A DNA stretch of 64,000 bases, taken from assembly GCF_002113885.1 (NCBI RefSeq), contig NW_018405338.1, positions 1,176,968 to 1,240,967 on the forward strand. The letters are read 5' to 3'. The number at the start of each line of letters is the position of its first letter. Position 1 is the stretch's first letter. The notes below the pieces were generated by a model, which saw only the letters and a program-made list of their open reading frames with translations, was not told the origin of the DNA and ran no database searches. A program made the position numbers and the translations under genes. Positions 26,901-41,404 of this stretch are shown here, piece after piece. Source of the DNA: Mizuhopecten yessoensis (Eukaryota).

Positions 26901-28493
26901 CATATTGCCACATAATAGATACCGTTGGAAGTAAAAGAATTCTAAAGAAAAGGAAAATCAATCATATGAAAAACTGTTTGTTTTCCTCACAACAACACAG
27001 GTTAACCATTTCTAAAGTTGTTTAATTTTAAACCAGCTGTACCCGAGGTGAAAACCTAACACTAATTTCCAGAGTTTTTTTCCTTACGATAGCAATATAG
27101 TGTTTCATTAACAAATAAGGTTGTTATCGTAAAGATTGCTGTTTTGATCGAGACGAAGCCTAGAAGGATATTGGCGCTCACCATAGAAAGATCTTTATCA
27201 GATCTACAAAAGATGATATTTTCCTTCTTTGCTCTTCAGTTCCGTTATAGGTACTATCGCCCCTCTACGTAATTTATGAGAAAAGGCAAAACTGTCCAAA
27301 TCAAAGATGACCGCCTGTTAGCCATTTCGTTTATTCGATCAGTCTCAAGAGTTCGTATGCACAAATAAAGACCAAGGGAAACCTAACTATCTAATACGAG
27401 AATGATCTCTCCAGTACTGAGAAATAGCGATACAATCATTGAATGTCAAAGTCCAAGATGGCCGCCTGTCAGACATTTTGTTTATCCAATCAGTCCCAAG
27501 AGCACACATGCACAGTTAGAGACCAAGGGAAACCTATCCATCAAATACGAGAAATATCTCTCCTGTACTTTGTGATAAAAAGCGCTAACAGAAATTGTTT
27601 AAAAATGGACGAAAAACGACAGACGACGGACGGACGGACGACCAACTCAGGGTGATTTGAATAGTTAACCATCTGATGAATTACTGTTTGCGTCAGCGTT
27701 GCTTTTTTTTTTTCTCTTTTTCCTAATTTCAAGTTAATATGGGTCATATAACGACTCTGTCTCCACCTGCGATAGAGTGAAACTAGAGGGACTTGAGTAA
27801 GGCTTCCAGTGCTACTGAAATGACACCGTTGACACACCTAGTGACATCGCACATTGCCAAATAAGTGAATGGACTAATTACTTGTATGAAATGATACGTA
27901 TTTCAGGGTTATAATGTCGTAAAACTTGTGACAGATTCATTGAGTGTATGTCACCCTGTCAAAAGAACCAAAAGGTTAATCACGTGTGTCAAATGAGACG
28001 TTAACTAACGAATAAACAAACGAAAGAATGAGCGAATAATATGCAAATCAGAGTTTTTTTTCGGGTTTTAACAGCCAGGTTCATGTGAGAACGGGGTGTG
28101 GTTTTGTATCAGTCTAATATAAAGTATAGTTGAAATCAATCTGAGCGTTTTTGTTCAAAGTTTTTTCTGCAAACCATTTCGGCAACAAATATTTTCAAAA
28201 TTATTCTTTAGAGACAATCTGAACATTTACAAATATTTCAGTAATTTCTGTCCCGGATGAATTTTTTGGAGTCCTAATGATGTTGTTTCTTTTGGGTTTT
28301 TTTTAATTTCAGGATTTAAAAATGTAAAATATAAGATGAAAATATTGCACTAATTAAAGCGTTCAGCTAAAACCAAAAGTTTTAACAACAGAGCCATGTT
28401 CTTGAACGGATAACAAGGAGTTTTCCGTGTGATCTGTAAAAGTCATCATTGTTTGAGTTCAATAATGGGGTCAGAGGAAGGGGGGTTACTTAC

Positions 28494-28744
28494 AACACCT
28501 TGGAGTCACGAGGAATGCCCGCAGGTACTTCAATGAACCCTTTGGAAGAACAGTTGACCAGGAGTCTATCATTGCTGAGAATCGAACATGGGCACGTGAT
28601 GGTATTTCCAGGACTGCATAAGTTGTTATCCAGAAAGTTAGTCGTTGTAGACGAGTTGACTGGTAACAATACGACACACACCATGACTAATCCAACGGTC
28701 CAACTGGTCCTTAAAACGGCACATACTTTACTTCGTGTCGACAT
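28494..28744 (-). CDS. LRR-Ly6 protein, coding exon 1: signal peptide + LRR N-terminal cap
   Basis: ATG at 28744. MSTRSKVCAVLRTSWTVGLVMVCVVLLPVNSS (hydrophobic leader), then CSPGNTITCPC...LLVNCSSKGFIEVPAGIPRDSKV (LRRNT-like C-C-C-C, 'VP.GIP'). Ends phase 2 at donor TT|GTAAGT. Confidence 0.88.
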
Positions 28745-30482
28745 TTTCAAGAATGATATGAAATGAATGGTCTCCTGTTGAATATGTATATGTTGAATAA
28801 TTGTCATATATATGTATCGAAAAAGTTGTGGCAAGTTATCAACCGAGATTATTTTTTTTCCAATTTCACACGCCTAACACTCAACAGCAGTTATTGGCGT
28901 GGGATGATTTGACATGATGTAATTTACCATCCTGTCCTCTTACACCTTGCCTTCCTGGGAATGCCGGATTTAAATCTCAATGATGACCCGATAATGTCCG
29001 TTATTAACAAATACCTGTATATTCACACAGGTAAAGTCTACTGTAGTAACGGCCAATCGTATAAAAATCCAAGTTAAGTTTTTCTCCACAACGTTGAAAT
29101 TATATTGTTCACTTCGGGCACACCGTAAGGACCATCACACCTGGGTAGGACAGACAGACAGGTAACAGTCCCAGGTAAAACTGAACCCTGAAATTGTTAC
29201 TTCTACCAGCATGGGTAGATCAAAGTAGATACACACCTTCTATATTGATTATTACCATGGGTCGGTTACACAAACTTCTATTGGCCTGGTCGCCGCCGAC
29301 TTTTGTTTACCTTCTAAATAAACACACAGTGTCCCTTTACCGTTTCACATATGCATGTAGATATCTCCGTATGAACTCTCTGTGATGGGCTGTTATCAGC
29401 AGTTGGAACGTATGCCTGTTAAAATATAAACAACAAGATTACCGCAATGTCAACAAAACCGCTCAAGTAATTTCAAGTATACGTAAAGGAAAATAAAACA
29501 TAAAAAAAGGTTGAATTGCTGATTTTTTTTCTTCTTTAAACAAATCACTGCTCTATATAAAATAAAGGCAAAAACATATTTTGAAGAAAAGAAAAAAAAG
29601 AAAAAAAAACCTTCAGCAGTGAAGTTAGAATTTTCACAACAGAACGAACTAAGTAGTTTATTATTATTGAATGAGTAATTAACTTTCAATTAACTTTCAA
29701 ATAATTAACAAAGTCAACAAAATATATTTCATTCAGCGTGAAATTATTCTAGAGGTAAGTCATGGTAAGGAAACCGTCTTCTATGTACTACGCCACAAAT
29801 CGTCAAACACCGTCAGGTTGCATAATAACCCTGTCAAAAAAACAGTAATTACTATGAGAACCATTTTAATTGTCAGTTAACTGAAAATTACAGTGTAGAG
29901 AAAGGTATTATAGTTACGTTATGTCATTATTAAAAATAGTTTGACAGAAGTAATTATTTTTCACTGTTTTCACCAGGCGTTGTACCTTGGACCTATGGTT
30001 AACTAGTCTGATGATTTGCCGAATGAGCTAAAGAGAAGTCTTCCCTAGCAGAACGGGTAGGAAGTGGCTAGTATTTTGCCAGTGTGGCATACTCCCTCTT
30101 CCAAGAATCAACTTGTCTCAATGTTTCCAGAAGAAAAAGGAATGCTACTTGGGAGAGAAATGCTCAGTATATTTCCCTGGTCCCTACATGGACGCAAGTT
30201 TAGCAGAGCTCAATATTTTTGGTATTATGTGTTAGGGCAAAGAACTCACATGGATTACAGGATTATATGGTTTGAATACATAAACTCTTTGATAAGTAAA
30301 TATATTGGTAGGATACAAAAAACGTTAATATTCTGAAATAATACTTTAACGTTTGCATTGAATTTAGAATTCACACATAATAATATCCAGTATCTAAACA
30401 TTCCTCTTGAGCATATACTACTTATATTCTCTTCAATCTACCCCATTCTACAAACTTTTGGCATCGCATTACATGTAGTCAT

Positions 30483-30842
30483 GGCACGGTAGGCTAGTGG
30501 AAGGACGCCGGGCTCGTGACCGAAGGGTTGCGGGTTCGAGTCACGGCTCGGCATTGTGTTGTATCTTTGAGCAAGATACTTTACTCTACTTGTTCCAGTC
30601 TTCTCAGCTTTAAATGAGTACGTGGTTGAGCAGTGCTAGAATTGTTGAATGCTAGCTGTGAGCGCCGAAATAGCGGCACCGGCTGTATGCTCCCCAGGGA
30701 GTTGGGAAAGATATTGGCTAGTTGCAAAGGCCCTACAACAACGGATACTTTGTGAACCGCTTTGAGACGACCTACAAACTAGGTTGTGATAAAGCGCTAT
30801 ATAAGAACCTTGAATTAATATTATTATTAGTAGTATTATTAT
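30483..30842 (+). mobile_element. tRNA-derived CORE-type SINE with L2-like 3' tail
   Basis: A-box TAGGCTAGTGG, B-box GGTTCGAGTC, CORE-like TGTGTTGTATCTTTGAGCAAGATACTT, tail TAAAGCGCTATATAAGAACC followed by (ATT)n. Confidence 0.8.
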
Positions 30843-33800
30843 AAACGTTTTGAAATAGTTAACAGCTATTTTAATCTCATGGAACATTTTTTATAAAATC
30901 ACAACCTCGTCTTAATACCCCGATGATAAGTTTCTCCTTGACCTTCAACCATGCCGAAACATATCTGTTTATCAGTACATTTTATACATACAAAGTTCCA
31001 TGATGATAGGAAACCATGATTGGCACCCAACCTGAACTATGTTTCTAGGAAAAGACAAATCAGACGTGAACGCTGAGCAGGTCTCTAAAACATGCTGGGC
31101 TTTCATGTTAGGTGTCTATTGCTATTAGCCGATCCGAATCACAAGAACGATAAAAAACCCATTAACAAACAAACAGAAACTATATAGATCGAAATAAAAG
31201 CCATGTAAAACAAAAGTAAAAATGATAGGTGAATATAATGAACTTGAATGAGTTTGCTCTTGTCTAACGAAATAACATATTTTGTGGGGAGGCCAACAAA
31301 TCGTCCTCATTGGTTTCATCAGAAATTCTTTAGTAGGGTACATATGGGATCATCAGGATGACTTTTCATCTTGACAAAGGATATCAAAGATACTGAAACG
31401 TCGTATTATTACACATTTAATCCTACTGTTTACGGAAGTATCATCATCCTGCATCCGAGATAATTTACTATGATGACACTTGTTGCTGCTAAGTGTCTGT
31501 TTCACCGTTGCTGCAATGAGCAACATCATTATCAATTCCAGGAGTAAAGACCTCAGTTTCATAAATGCCGTGTGACGTCAGTGGCGTTTGGTTATTTGCA
31601 CTGCTTTGGCTTACAAGCAATGTTTTGCGTCTTTGATCAGAAACACTTAAATCGTTATAATATTAGTTGAAGACAATAAAATGATTAATTGATCCTCTAT
31701 TGTTATGATAAATTGTTATTTACAGGACTGGACCAGTGTTCGAAAACATGACTACCGAATTTTTATAGATACTTTTTTGTGCATTTTTTTTTTTCTTTTT
31801 TTTTCTCTCCCTTTTTTCAACATTTTGGATTTCAATATTTGTCTCTACTTCCAACTGTCTTTTATAACCTTACACCTGTCTGGCCAATACTTTCTTTTTT
31901 GACAAGAGGATTGTGCGCAGGTTATCAACATTATCAACGCCTTTTTCTCAAATACACTACAGATTTACAAACCTGAAAGTAGCTTAGGAACATAATTTTT
32001 TTCACAACAGTAGAGAAAAGTATAACAAAACCAGAGCAAACTTCAAACGGTCACATAATTGAACTTAAAAAACATTACACCTACCTCTGGATTTTATAAA
32101 CAGTTTGGCACGTTTCGAAATAACTCAAACATTGTTTAAACAGGGGGAAAACATGAATATAACTATAAATACAGTACAATTAAATATGTTTTGTCATCAA
32201 ATTGTTCGTCATCAGACAAATTAACCGTCATGTGGTCAATACGTAAACCGTACTCACCTTACTGAGTGTAAAGACATGAAGCCAAACTTTTACTGTGGCG
32301 GCTAGATCAGGCAAAGATTGTATTGTTCTAGATCCGCTTTAGCATGGAAGGTTTACGAAGCCTTGATAGGCGTATAGTAAACAATTAATCACAAGGTAAA
32401 ATTCAAAGTTAAAATGGTGGCAGTCAATTGTGTATGACTTCTGTGTCCTTACAACAAGGCAGACTATTTGTCATTTGTCAACAACAGTGTCATAAAGCTT
32501 GTCACCGACTACTTTAGGGGATCCGTTCTTGTTTCGTGTTGACAAAATGACAACATATTGTTTTGGCTTCCTTGTCACTATCGTCATGAACGTCCATGGC
32601 GGGTAAAACTAGAAGCTAATGGTCGGGAGGTTCCACAATTTCAGAAGTTTTGAAAACTGTAGAATTAGCATTTCTGACATTAATACTGTCTATCTGCAGT
32701 AATTTATTTGAGTGTCTTTCGAATGTTTTCTTCTTCCGAGCTTTTATGATGACGTATATAGGTAACTAGCTTCCGTCTTGCTAATGTCAATTTGCATGTA
32801 TAAGCTAAATCGAAAGTATAATTTTTTGGTAGATTGAACTGGAAACTGTAATCGAACGCATTGGAATTACAATCGAACGAACTGGGACGGACTACTCTAT
32901 TCATAGAATGGAGAGTATTCATGCATAGACGGCACTAACAACTTCAATCAAACGCACTGGAATAATTTTATTACAGCAGGTATGAACAACAATTGAACGC
33001 AATGAAACTTCTTTATCTTTATAAGACTCAGAAAACTGCAATATCACGCACTTGAACTACAATACAACACACATGCAAAAAGAATATAACACATTTAATT
33101 TGCAATCGATCGCAAAGAAATTACTTCAATACTTAATTCATCGAAGGCAGCTACAATAGAACGCAATAAAAAAAAAGCAATTTAATGCACATGAACTACT
33201 TTATTTATCGAACACACTGATAAGTCGTGCGAACGCTTTGACGCTTTGACGACTACAATTGAAATACAAAATGACAAAGTTTAATAGATATCTCCTTTCG
33301 TCAAACCGGGCATTATTTGTCCAACTTTGCGTCATGTCATCCAACCATTCGTCATTTCACCAAATTTCATGATAATCGTTCTCCAATTTCATAACCAATA
33401 ACTAATAATATATCCTTTCTTCACAGAAAAACAAAACGGGAGGACCACCCAAACTGCCCAACTACAACTCTTTTGGCTCTTAATGAACAAATTAGCCACA
33501 TGGTGTAGTACAAAGTCTGTTTTGTTTGGCTTTCTTCATAGACAAGCTAAAATATTGCTAGTAAGTGGGTGTTCCTTAATTCGTACTGTTTATAATTGTG
33601 TCTGTGCTGTATATCCTATCGTTAAACAGTGACCTGTATCCAGCAAATATCCCTTTCGTCCAAACACATGTGTTTTTATCCATACTTTCGTTCAGGACAC
33701 ATTGTCTTTTCATTCCATAATCTTGTATAGTGCATCCCATTACGCGATCATATGTTCTGCTAATTAATCTTTATTTTGTCCAAACAAATCAGTTAATTAC

Positions 33801-36800
33801 ACGACATTAACTAGGATAGAGCCCGTACGAGATAAACATTATAGAAGATGTGTGTAGGCTTAAGACGCTCGTGCTGTCAGAAAGCCACACTTTGTATAGG
33901 TATGTAACATGTAAAATTATGATAATACAATACACAGAGCAGGCATGAACTTCAACACCCAAAGTAAACCGATACAACGCCCACTGTCGCTTCTATCAAA
34001 TTTCTGATGAATGATTACTGATAGTGTACATTGTGTAGATGATCCACTAGGGTAGCCTCATCCAGGTATCGTACGACACTCATGTAGACAGAAAGTAAAA
34101 AACAAACTCTTACCTTGTGTGAGAGATGTGCATGCTTACACCAAGTAACTTATGCAAATTAGCAGGTAAAAACTAACATCACGTGTGTAATTTAATGAAA
34201 CATATAATAAGTCACGTTCGAGTGAGTTTTACTTAACTCTAGCAACACGTAGCTTACTAGTCAACTTTCATCAACTCGAAATAATGAATAAGATTGTTTT
34301 AGAAATCGTTCTGCGTTCAGTGGAGACAAACTAAATTAGTTTTTGTACAAGAATATTTCTGATGTCCTATTTTATGAACATTCGTGATTTTATGCTCGAG
34401 GTAAAAATTAAATATTCTGCCCTATGGACACTCAAAATCATTAAATGTTATCAAAAGGAAGGTTTTAATGCAAATGTATTGAAAATATGGTGAGGTATTA
34501 AGGTTTGGTCGATATGTTATTTAATGTTTAGTGTTGACCAATTAGTTACTTTTCATACCAGAGAGATTTTAAATCGATGCTGAGAAAATGCACTACCCGT
34601 TTACCGTCTTAAGTGTAGTTTGTGTATTCTGATTATTAATATCATCTTTTGTTGGTTTTGTGTCGGGGGAGGCGGGAGTGAGGGATATTCCGGATTTCGT
34701 TATTCGTTTCTCCCTAAAGCTGTGTGTTTTGTAGTTTTGCGTAGCCCCGTATGACAAGTTCATAATTTAGATTATACTATTTAGCATGTACAGTGTCATT
34801 TTTTAGTCCTTATTCATATTACCATGTATGCAAATACAGATTTTTGTGCTTTTAAAATGTTTCTTTTTTCCTCAATTTAGAGCATAAGATTACATGCATG
34901 TATTTACTAAATATTTGCTCTTAATGAAAATATAATATTGGTCATTTGCTATTCTAATGCATGCTGCTTGTCTGAGATATATACAAATAGTGTTAAGCTT
35001 TTTATGAGATAAAGTTATAACTTGCAAAAAGCTGATATTTTTTAATATTGTTTGTATATGTATAATTTGTACTGGCATAATTTGTTTTTGTATAATTTGT
35101 ATTGATACGTAAATAACCTCCATTTACTTTTATAGGGTGGTTTTGTCGCTATGCCTTTCCAATAGTTGCCCTCAGCATCACCATTTCTATCTTTAAGTAC
35201 TGGCGTCGTCCTTGTTCATGATCCTACGATGATCTCTTAAGGATCCCCTACCCACTGCGGGTAAAATACTAGAGAATTTCACAGGGTTTAATTTTTCTTG
35301 TAAACAGTAACCTCCCCGTTCGTTCAGTTCAGATTTAACTGTGACGCAGTTGAGCCAGGACATTTCCTTTGAGCATGTAACCAGTTGGTTAAAGCGACCG
35401 TATAATAATCTAAGATCCAGGGTTCGAATCCTGGCATAGATGGCGCCTTGCATAAAATTTTCACAATGTTTCCAAAGCATAGTTACAGTTTTTGGCAGTG
35501 GTACAGTGATCTTTAAAAATATGTCCTCCTGACACTACCCTTCACCAAAGTGTTGAATCATTGTAAAAAATCGACCAAGATTATCCTCTTACAGTTCACA
35601 CGCTAACGTGACGTTTTATCGGTGATTGTGAAAGTCACAAGGGGATGGAATTTCATTTTAAACCAGAATATCGATTTACAACTTTCAGTGAACGTCATCA
35701 TGTACCTTTCATTGTTGTACTTGGCACACATTAAATACGCATTGTCATGCGTAGGTAAGCATCTGGGCAATGAGTTATTACTAAGGTTAATGTTGAGTGT
35801 CACACCACTCTTCTACTTTATGGATACATTGAAAAAAACGCCTGTTAGCTTAATGCTATATCTTATTTTTAATCAAAGTCACCAAAAAAATGCTGGTTTT
35901 TTTAGAGTGATAGAATCATTTTAAAAAATCGATTTGCGTTGTACAAAAGTATTAGCATAGCATAGGCCTACTGCCTTAATATCAAGAGATCTGGGGATAG
36001 AATCCCCGTTGAAGATTTGTTTCTTGCGTGGTTTTTTTTTTAAAAGAAACTATATGTTTATTTTTTTCCTTTATTTCACATAGTTAATAGGCAGATAACT
36101 GCAAGTCAGAAAAAAATACAAAAATCTCCTGTGACAACGTAAAAATTACATCAACTAAATGCTTAATTATATGACCATTTAAATTTGCAGTATGCTTTAT
36201 GACTTCAAGACATACTATACTTCAATTTATATGGATTTGTATCACTTATAAAGACGTTCACCTGCGATTAATGACTTAATTAACTTCCAGCTGGAAACAT
36301 TCTGCTTCGAAAATCTAAAGATGACATCAATTAACAGATTAAAATGTTCTAACCACTTAAACATTTTAATTTGAATAAGGTTCAATAATGACGATTTAAG
36401 AAATAGTGTACATCAGTATATGGGAAAACGTTCCAATGAGATAATTGACCTCCTTGTTAGTATATATGTATAAACTACAGTTTGTCAGTTTAAAATGCCA
36501 AAAGCAAACTGATCCGCAAGATAGCAGATCGCTAGCCTGACCTTTCCGACTCTAACATATTAAATAAATCATCGGAAAATCCAAACTTTGACCTGTGGAA
36601 TTGGCTATATATAGGTCTTTAGATCATATAATGATATGTTTATCTTTTTCAAGATGACCCTTAAACAATTATACTTATTCTTAAGGATAAAATATTCCAT
36701 TGCGGCATACAATGTCTTGATCTCCTTATCGCCCAAGAGGTGTCTATTCCAACCGGTTTTGGCCTTATTTCATTTGAACACGCAACAGGCCGAGTACTAA

Positions 36801-37389
36801 ATATAAAAAAAACTGCGAACCAAACACGAATTAAAGCACGCATTCACTTAAAAAATGTAAATCGATAGCAAAACTTAAATCGCACACACGAGTAGGGGTA
36901 AGGGCTAGTGAAAGTATGTTTTAAGGATTCTCGTACCACTGTCGAAAACTAACTACGCATCGGAACCACGTTCTCTGTGATGGCTATGGCTGTCATGTAT
37001 CATTTCTAAGAAATCCACATCTTGCGGAATTTTATGAAAACATACAGAGGAAAACAAAACAATCAAGAACAGTGTTTTGAGTTTAATCACACAACAGGCT
37101 CGGATCAGGATTCGAACCCTAGAAAAAGGGGTCATTGACCAAGTAAGGTCCTCCGTATTTCCCTCAGGGGGATATCTTGAAGTTCTCAGCAAAGCTAGTG
37201 TTTGGCAATTCTGTAGGGAATGAAATGAGGGATCTCAGCCTGAGCAGAAACATTTGTTTCTGTTGCCTAACACTCAGGAAACCTCGTGTTACGCAAATAA
37301 GCCCCCATTCTCGACCATCCGGCTGAAATCCCCGAATCTTATTCCCAACGAGATAGAAATTTATAAAAGATGCACCCTTGGTTTAAGGG

Positions 37390-37469
37390 CAATCTGATTA
37401 AAATCATATCCTACGTTCTCTACGTATCGTGATACGTAGAGAATGTAGGATATGATTTTAATCAGATTG
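37390..37469. mobile_element. 80-bp near-perfect hairpin MITE with 9-bp target site duplication (Mutator-like)
   Basis: 39-bp arms with one mismatch and a 2-nt loop; GTTTAAGGG directly repeated at 37381-37389 and 37470-37478. Confidence 0.85.
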
Positions 37470-38581
37470 GTTTAAGGGGAGAGGAATTCCATGTTAGAAC
37501 AGTTTATGACGTCATGTCCTCATTGTATGGACCCCGTAACGTCAGCATCGCATATATGACAAGACCAACAGAATGAGACAAAGAAAAAATAGTTCAGCCC
37601 CTCTTGAAGGTGAGATGGGGAACATTCTTCAGTAGTCAAACGTTCGGCAAAATTTGTTCATAGGTAACTGAAGAATCTTCTGTCTATGTTTGAGATCGCC
37701 CTATCTCAACAAAGGGTATGAAAGAGTCTTTGAATCACTACCCAGGTAAAGCCCGAGGGTGCACCTTGAAAGCTTAAGAGAAAGAATGCATCCTATACGA
37801 CCTACGCACGATCATATCCTTATACAAAGACATTCGCCTTGTGATCACACTCACTTGATTGGAATATACATTAGGTTTCATTGTGGTCAAACCTATGCAA
37901 TTAAGAGAAAGAAACAAAGGAAGTGCACTTTAACAAACAAAATATGTTTCAGGAGACGCATCGAATGAACAAACATATATTGTTTTGCCTATCATTCTAC
38001 ACCTTTATTGATAGATTTCTCTTGATCGGCTTATACCAAAATATTGTCAGACATTTCATGAATGTACCTCCCAATGGATTCTAAGGATTCGATTCTTATT
38101 AACGGACGAATTGTTATTTTAAGATGTAGAATATAATTCTGAAATTGCTATATATGGTAAAGAGCACCATTAGGTATAGGTATATGTCATGAACATTGTT
38201 GTCACTATTATGAACTAGTATAAGTCATTTTCTGCAGAATTATTCTATATATGTGACGTTACATTTTGCCAATATATAAGCGTTCGAAATTTTAAGTAAT
38301 GAAAACAAAATATACAAATAAAAATATTTAAAAATCAAAAATATAAAAACAGACATAAACTACAAGAATCGAACCCTGGACCTACTCACCCAGTTACATA
38401 CTTTATATACAGGATGTCTCGCTCCACTGAGTGATTAGGGAATATTTGATTAAAAACGCACAAGATCAAAATGAAAGATGGATATATTGAAAACGGAAAT
38501 CAAAATGTCAGAAAAACTGCGTTTTTTGCTCCGTCTTTTATAAAGAAAGGGGATATCACGATTCACGAAAAACACAGTTAC

Positions 38582-38821
38582 GTTGTACTCCTAACTGTTC
38601 GTGATCAGAACTCGTGCAGTGGTACTCTTAACCTTTAAAATATCTAAAACCGAAACACCTGCGTGGGACCTGTACACCTATTTATCAATAGGTTAGTAAG
38701 AAAAGTTGTACTCCTAACTGTTCGTGATTAGAACTCATGAAGTGGTACTCTTAACCTTTAAAATATCTAACACCGAAAAACCTGCCTGGGACCTGTTCAC
38801 ATATTTATCAATAAGTTAGTA
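38582..38821. repeat. Tandem duplication, period 123 bp
   Basis: GTTGTACTCCTAACTGTTCGTGAT...TTTATCAATA.GTTAGTA at 38582 and 38705. Confidence 0.92.
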
Positions 38822-41404
38822 TGTGTTCCTATCCATTGTGATCCGCTTAATGTGGCTTAATCAAATCCGCTATATCGAGGGAGAGTGTTGTCACTTTTGT
38901 CGACCTGTTTGGTGTATCCGCTTACATATATCTGTCTGAGTATGGTGAAAAATGTGGCCGGACCTCGGACAGCTTGATCACTTACACATGATCATTGATA
39001 CTGTGTAAATGTTCTATATAATCAGCTAAAAACTTAACGCGAGATCGACAGCAGTAGTGAACACCGTTAACGAGTCAGCATAAGAAAAAAATAGACTACC
39101 CCACAGTGTCGACATAGGACGAAATCCAACCTCAAATTCGATAGAGAGGGACAAAAATGTCATGGGAAAATGTATTTATTCAAAAGCAGAAATTAATACA
39201 GTATACAATAGTGTTCTTCGACGTCCCACAGGCGGTTGCATAATATTTAGTTTGCTCTTACAGCTGATAAAACACATCTAAATGTGTCGAAACACGCAGA
39301 TAATATTCTAACTGTAAGTCGACAAGTCAATAACAGAAATAAATTATAAGGCGACGCGAAAACAAAAGGAAAGACAACACCACAATCCTTAAAATACCTG
39401 AATTCTGCATCTGAAGCCTATAGGTACTATCACAGGTGATGTAAACCTATTTAGCAGTATTCGCCGATCACTATTGTGCCTTTACTGGTATGTCTGTGTC
39501 GACTCGACAAAATTGTCTTTTTAATTGTTAAGAAAACTACATCAATCATTGTTTTTTGTTAAGACAACCATTATAATACCTACCTGAGATTTATGACCTA
39601 AACTGCAGACTCGGTCATGGATGCAATAAACGAGTATCTCCTTCAATGAAAGGTCTGGTTAGGTTGTATACAAGAGGACATCGGTTATTTACATATTTGT
39701 TTACATATATAAACATATACAACAATGTTTTCTTACCTTAGTTTTCACGTTGTTAGTATATCGCAATGACTAGTACAATCGGTGTGTTCTAATGTCACAA
39801 GTCACGTTCAATAATCCCTCGTTTAAACTGCTCCTCCGATGAAAGTGTGAATACAATTATCTCAACTTTCTCAATGGCGCACTGGTCGAATTTACATTTA
39901 CATGATCTCACATCTCAGAGTTCTTAAAAAGACGTGCTGTTTTTAATTAGTGAAGAACCTCCGGACAAATCATAAAAAATCCACGAGCTCGAAAGTTCAT
40001 GGTCTAGATGTACACGGGACACTGCCGGTATAACCTTCCGACGGGTAGGCCTCCGAAAATAACTCTGTATATATGTTATTCAACTAAGCGTGTCCTATTA
40101 TCTCGAGCGTATAGTTGTATACCCTTTGTACAATGTGCCACACTTTAAATCCGCAGTGAATAGAACTCGATTGTACACAATATAATTTAACAGCTCGTAA
40201 AGGACATGTTTTCACACTTGCAAAGAAATATGCAACATCTGTCGACAAAACAATGTTCCCATTTCATGACGACATTAATTCTTAAGTCGTAAGTCAAAGA
40301 ATGTGTTGTTTAATGGCCATTGAACTCTCCACTAACAATGCTATACCGACGACAACGTGTATAATGATACGGGTCCTATGACGCACCCGTGTAGTATCCC
40401 GTGTCGTCTATATATAGTACTCCTCGTTTGAGATCCGGTTTGTTGCAGGAGATTTTTCGCTTTAGTCCATTGAGTCAACATTGGCATGGCTGTAAGAATT
40501 ATAAGAATTATACACTGGCCCACCTGTGTGTACCATGGGAAACACACACATACACAATCAAATAACATTATACAAAACCGAATCATCCCCTTATTGAACC
40601 CGTCTCAAATAAAACAAGGCCGACAGCTCAATAAATTTCCTTTAAAGGGACTAAAAGTAGAACAAGGTATAAATTGAAGAGTTTTACATTTACAGCCCTT
40701 ATTTATTTTTTATTCATTTATTTATTAAGAATAAAAAATAACTGGCGAAATAAACTTCTTTTCATAACGTTGCTTCTTACTCACATAGATGTAGCATTGC
40801 CGAAAATGAAACTGGAAAAGTGAGGGCGATTACTTAAATCGTGAAACGACAGATCTAAGTGCGTCATTTCTAAATAACGATACAGGAAAATATTCACCAC
40901 TTTTTCCCATATATAATTTACAAAATTAAGAAAAAATAATTAGCGTCTCTTTGATAATGACTGTTTTATATCATTTTGTTATCGTGTGTGTCACGTATTA
41001 TTGAAAAAAAGGTTAACCTATTTACGTCTACAGGTATAAAGGAACTTGAGTTTATCACTTATAATGAGATGTCAAACATCCCCCACTTAAATTTATATTG
41101 TTAATTCTAAAAACAAACTTTATTCAAAATTATACCATTTTAGCCATTTCCAAGATCCATTAAGATAACATTTCCCATCACATGAGTTTCCTAAATTTAA
41201 ATACCTTTGGATGGGACGTTGTATTTTCATACATAAATGACTATGAAGGAATTAACCGACTTTTCCTTTTAATGAGCGCACTATTATATTTGCCACTTTT
41301 CTTTCCGCATCTTCGTTTAAGACGTCATAACAAACAGCATATATGTTAACAGAGAGTTGGACATACATAAATGATAAGTATCCATGATAACGTTAAAATG
41401 TATA

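Noticed and set aside
10737-28744. Chimeric LRR-GPCR (LGR-like receptor) formed by splicing the LRR exons onto the GPCR exon
   Set aside because: At the GPCR acceptor (12138) the receptor frame reads A TGT TCG TGA, an in-frame stop upstream of the ATG, and the phase-0 frame ends after 12 codons. The GPCR also lacks LGR-type features.
35370-35440. tRNA-like sequences with GGTTCGAATCC (also ~56300-56368 and 30483-30550)
   Set aside because: No intact cloverleaf, acceptor stem or anticodon arm; interpreted as SINE heads.
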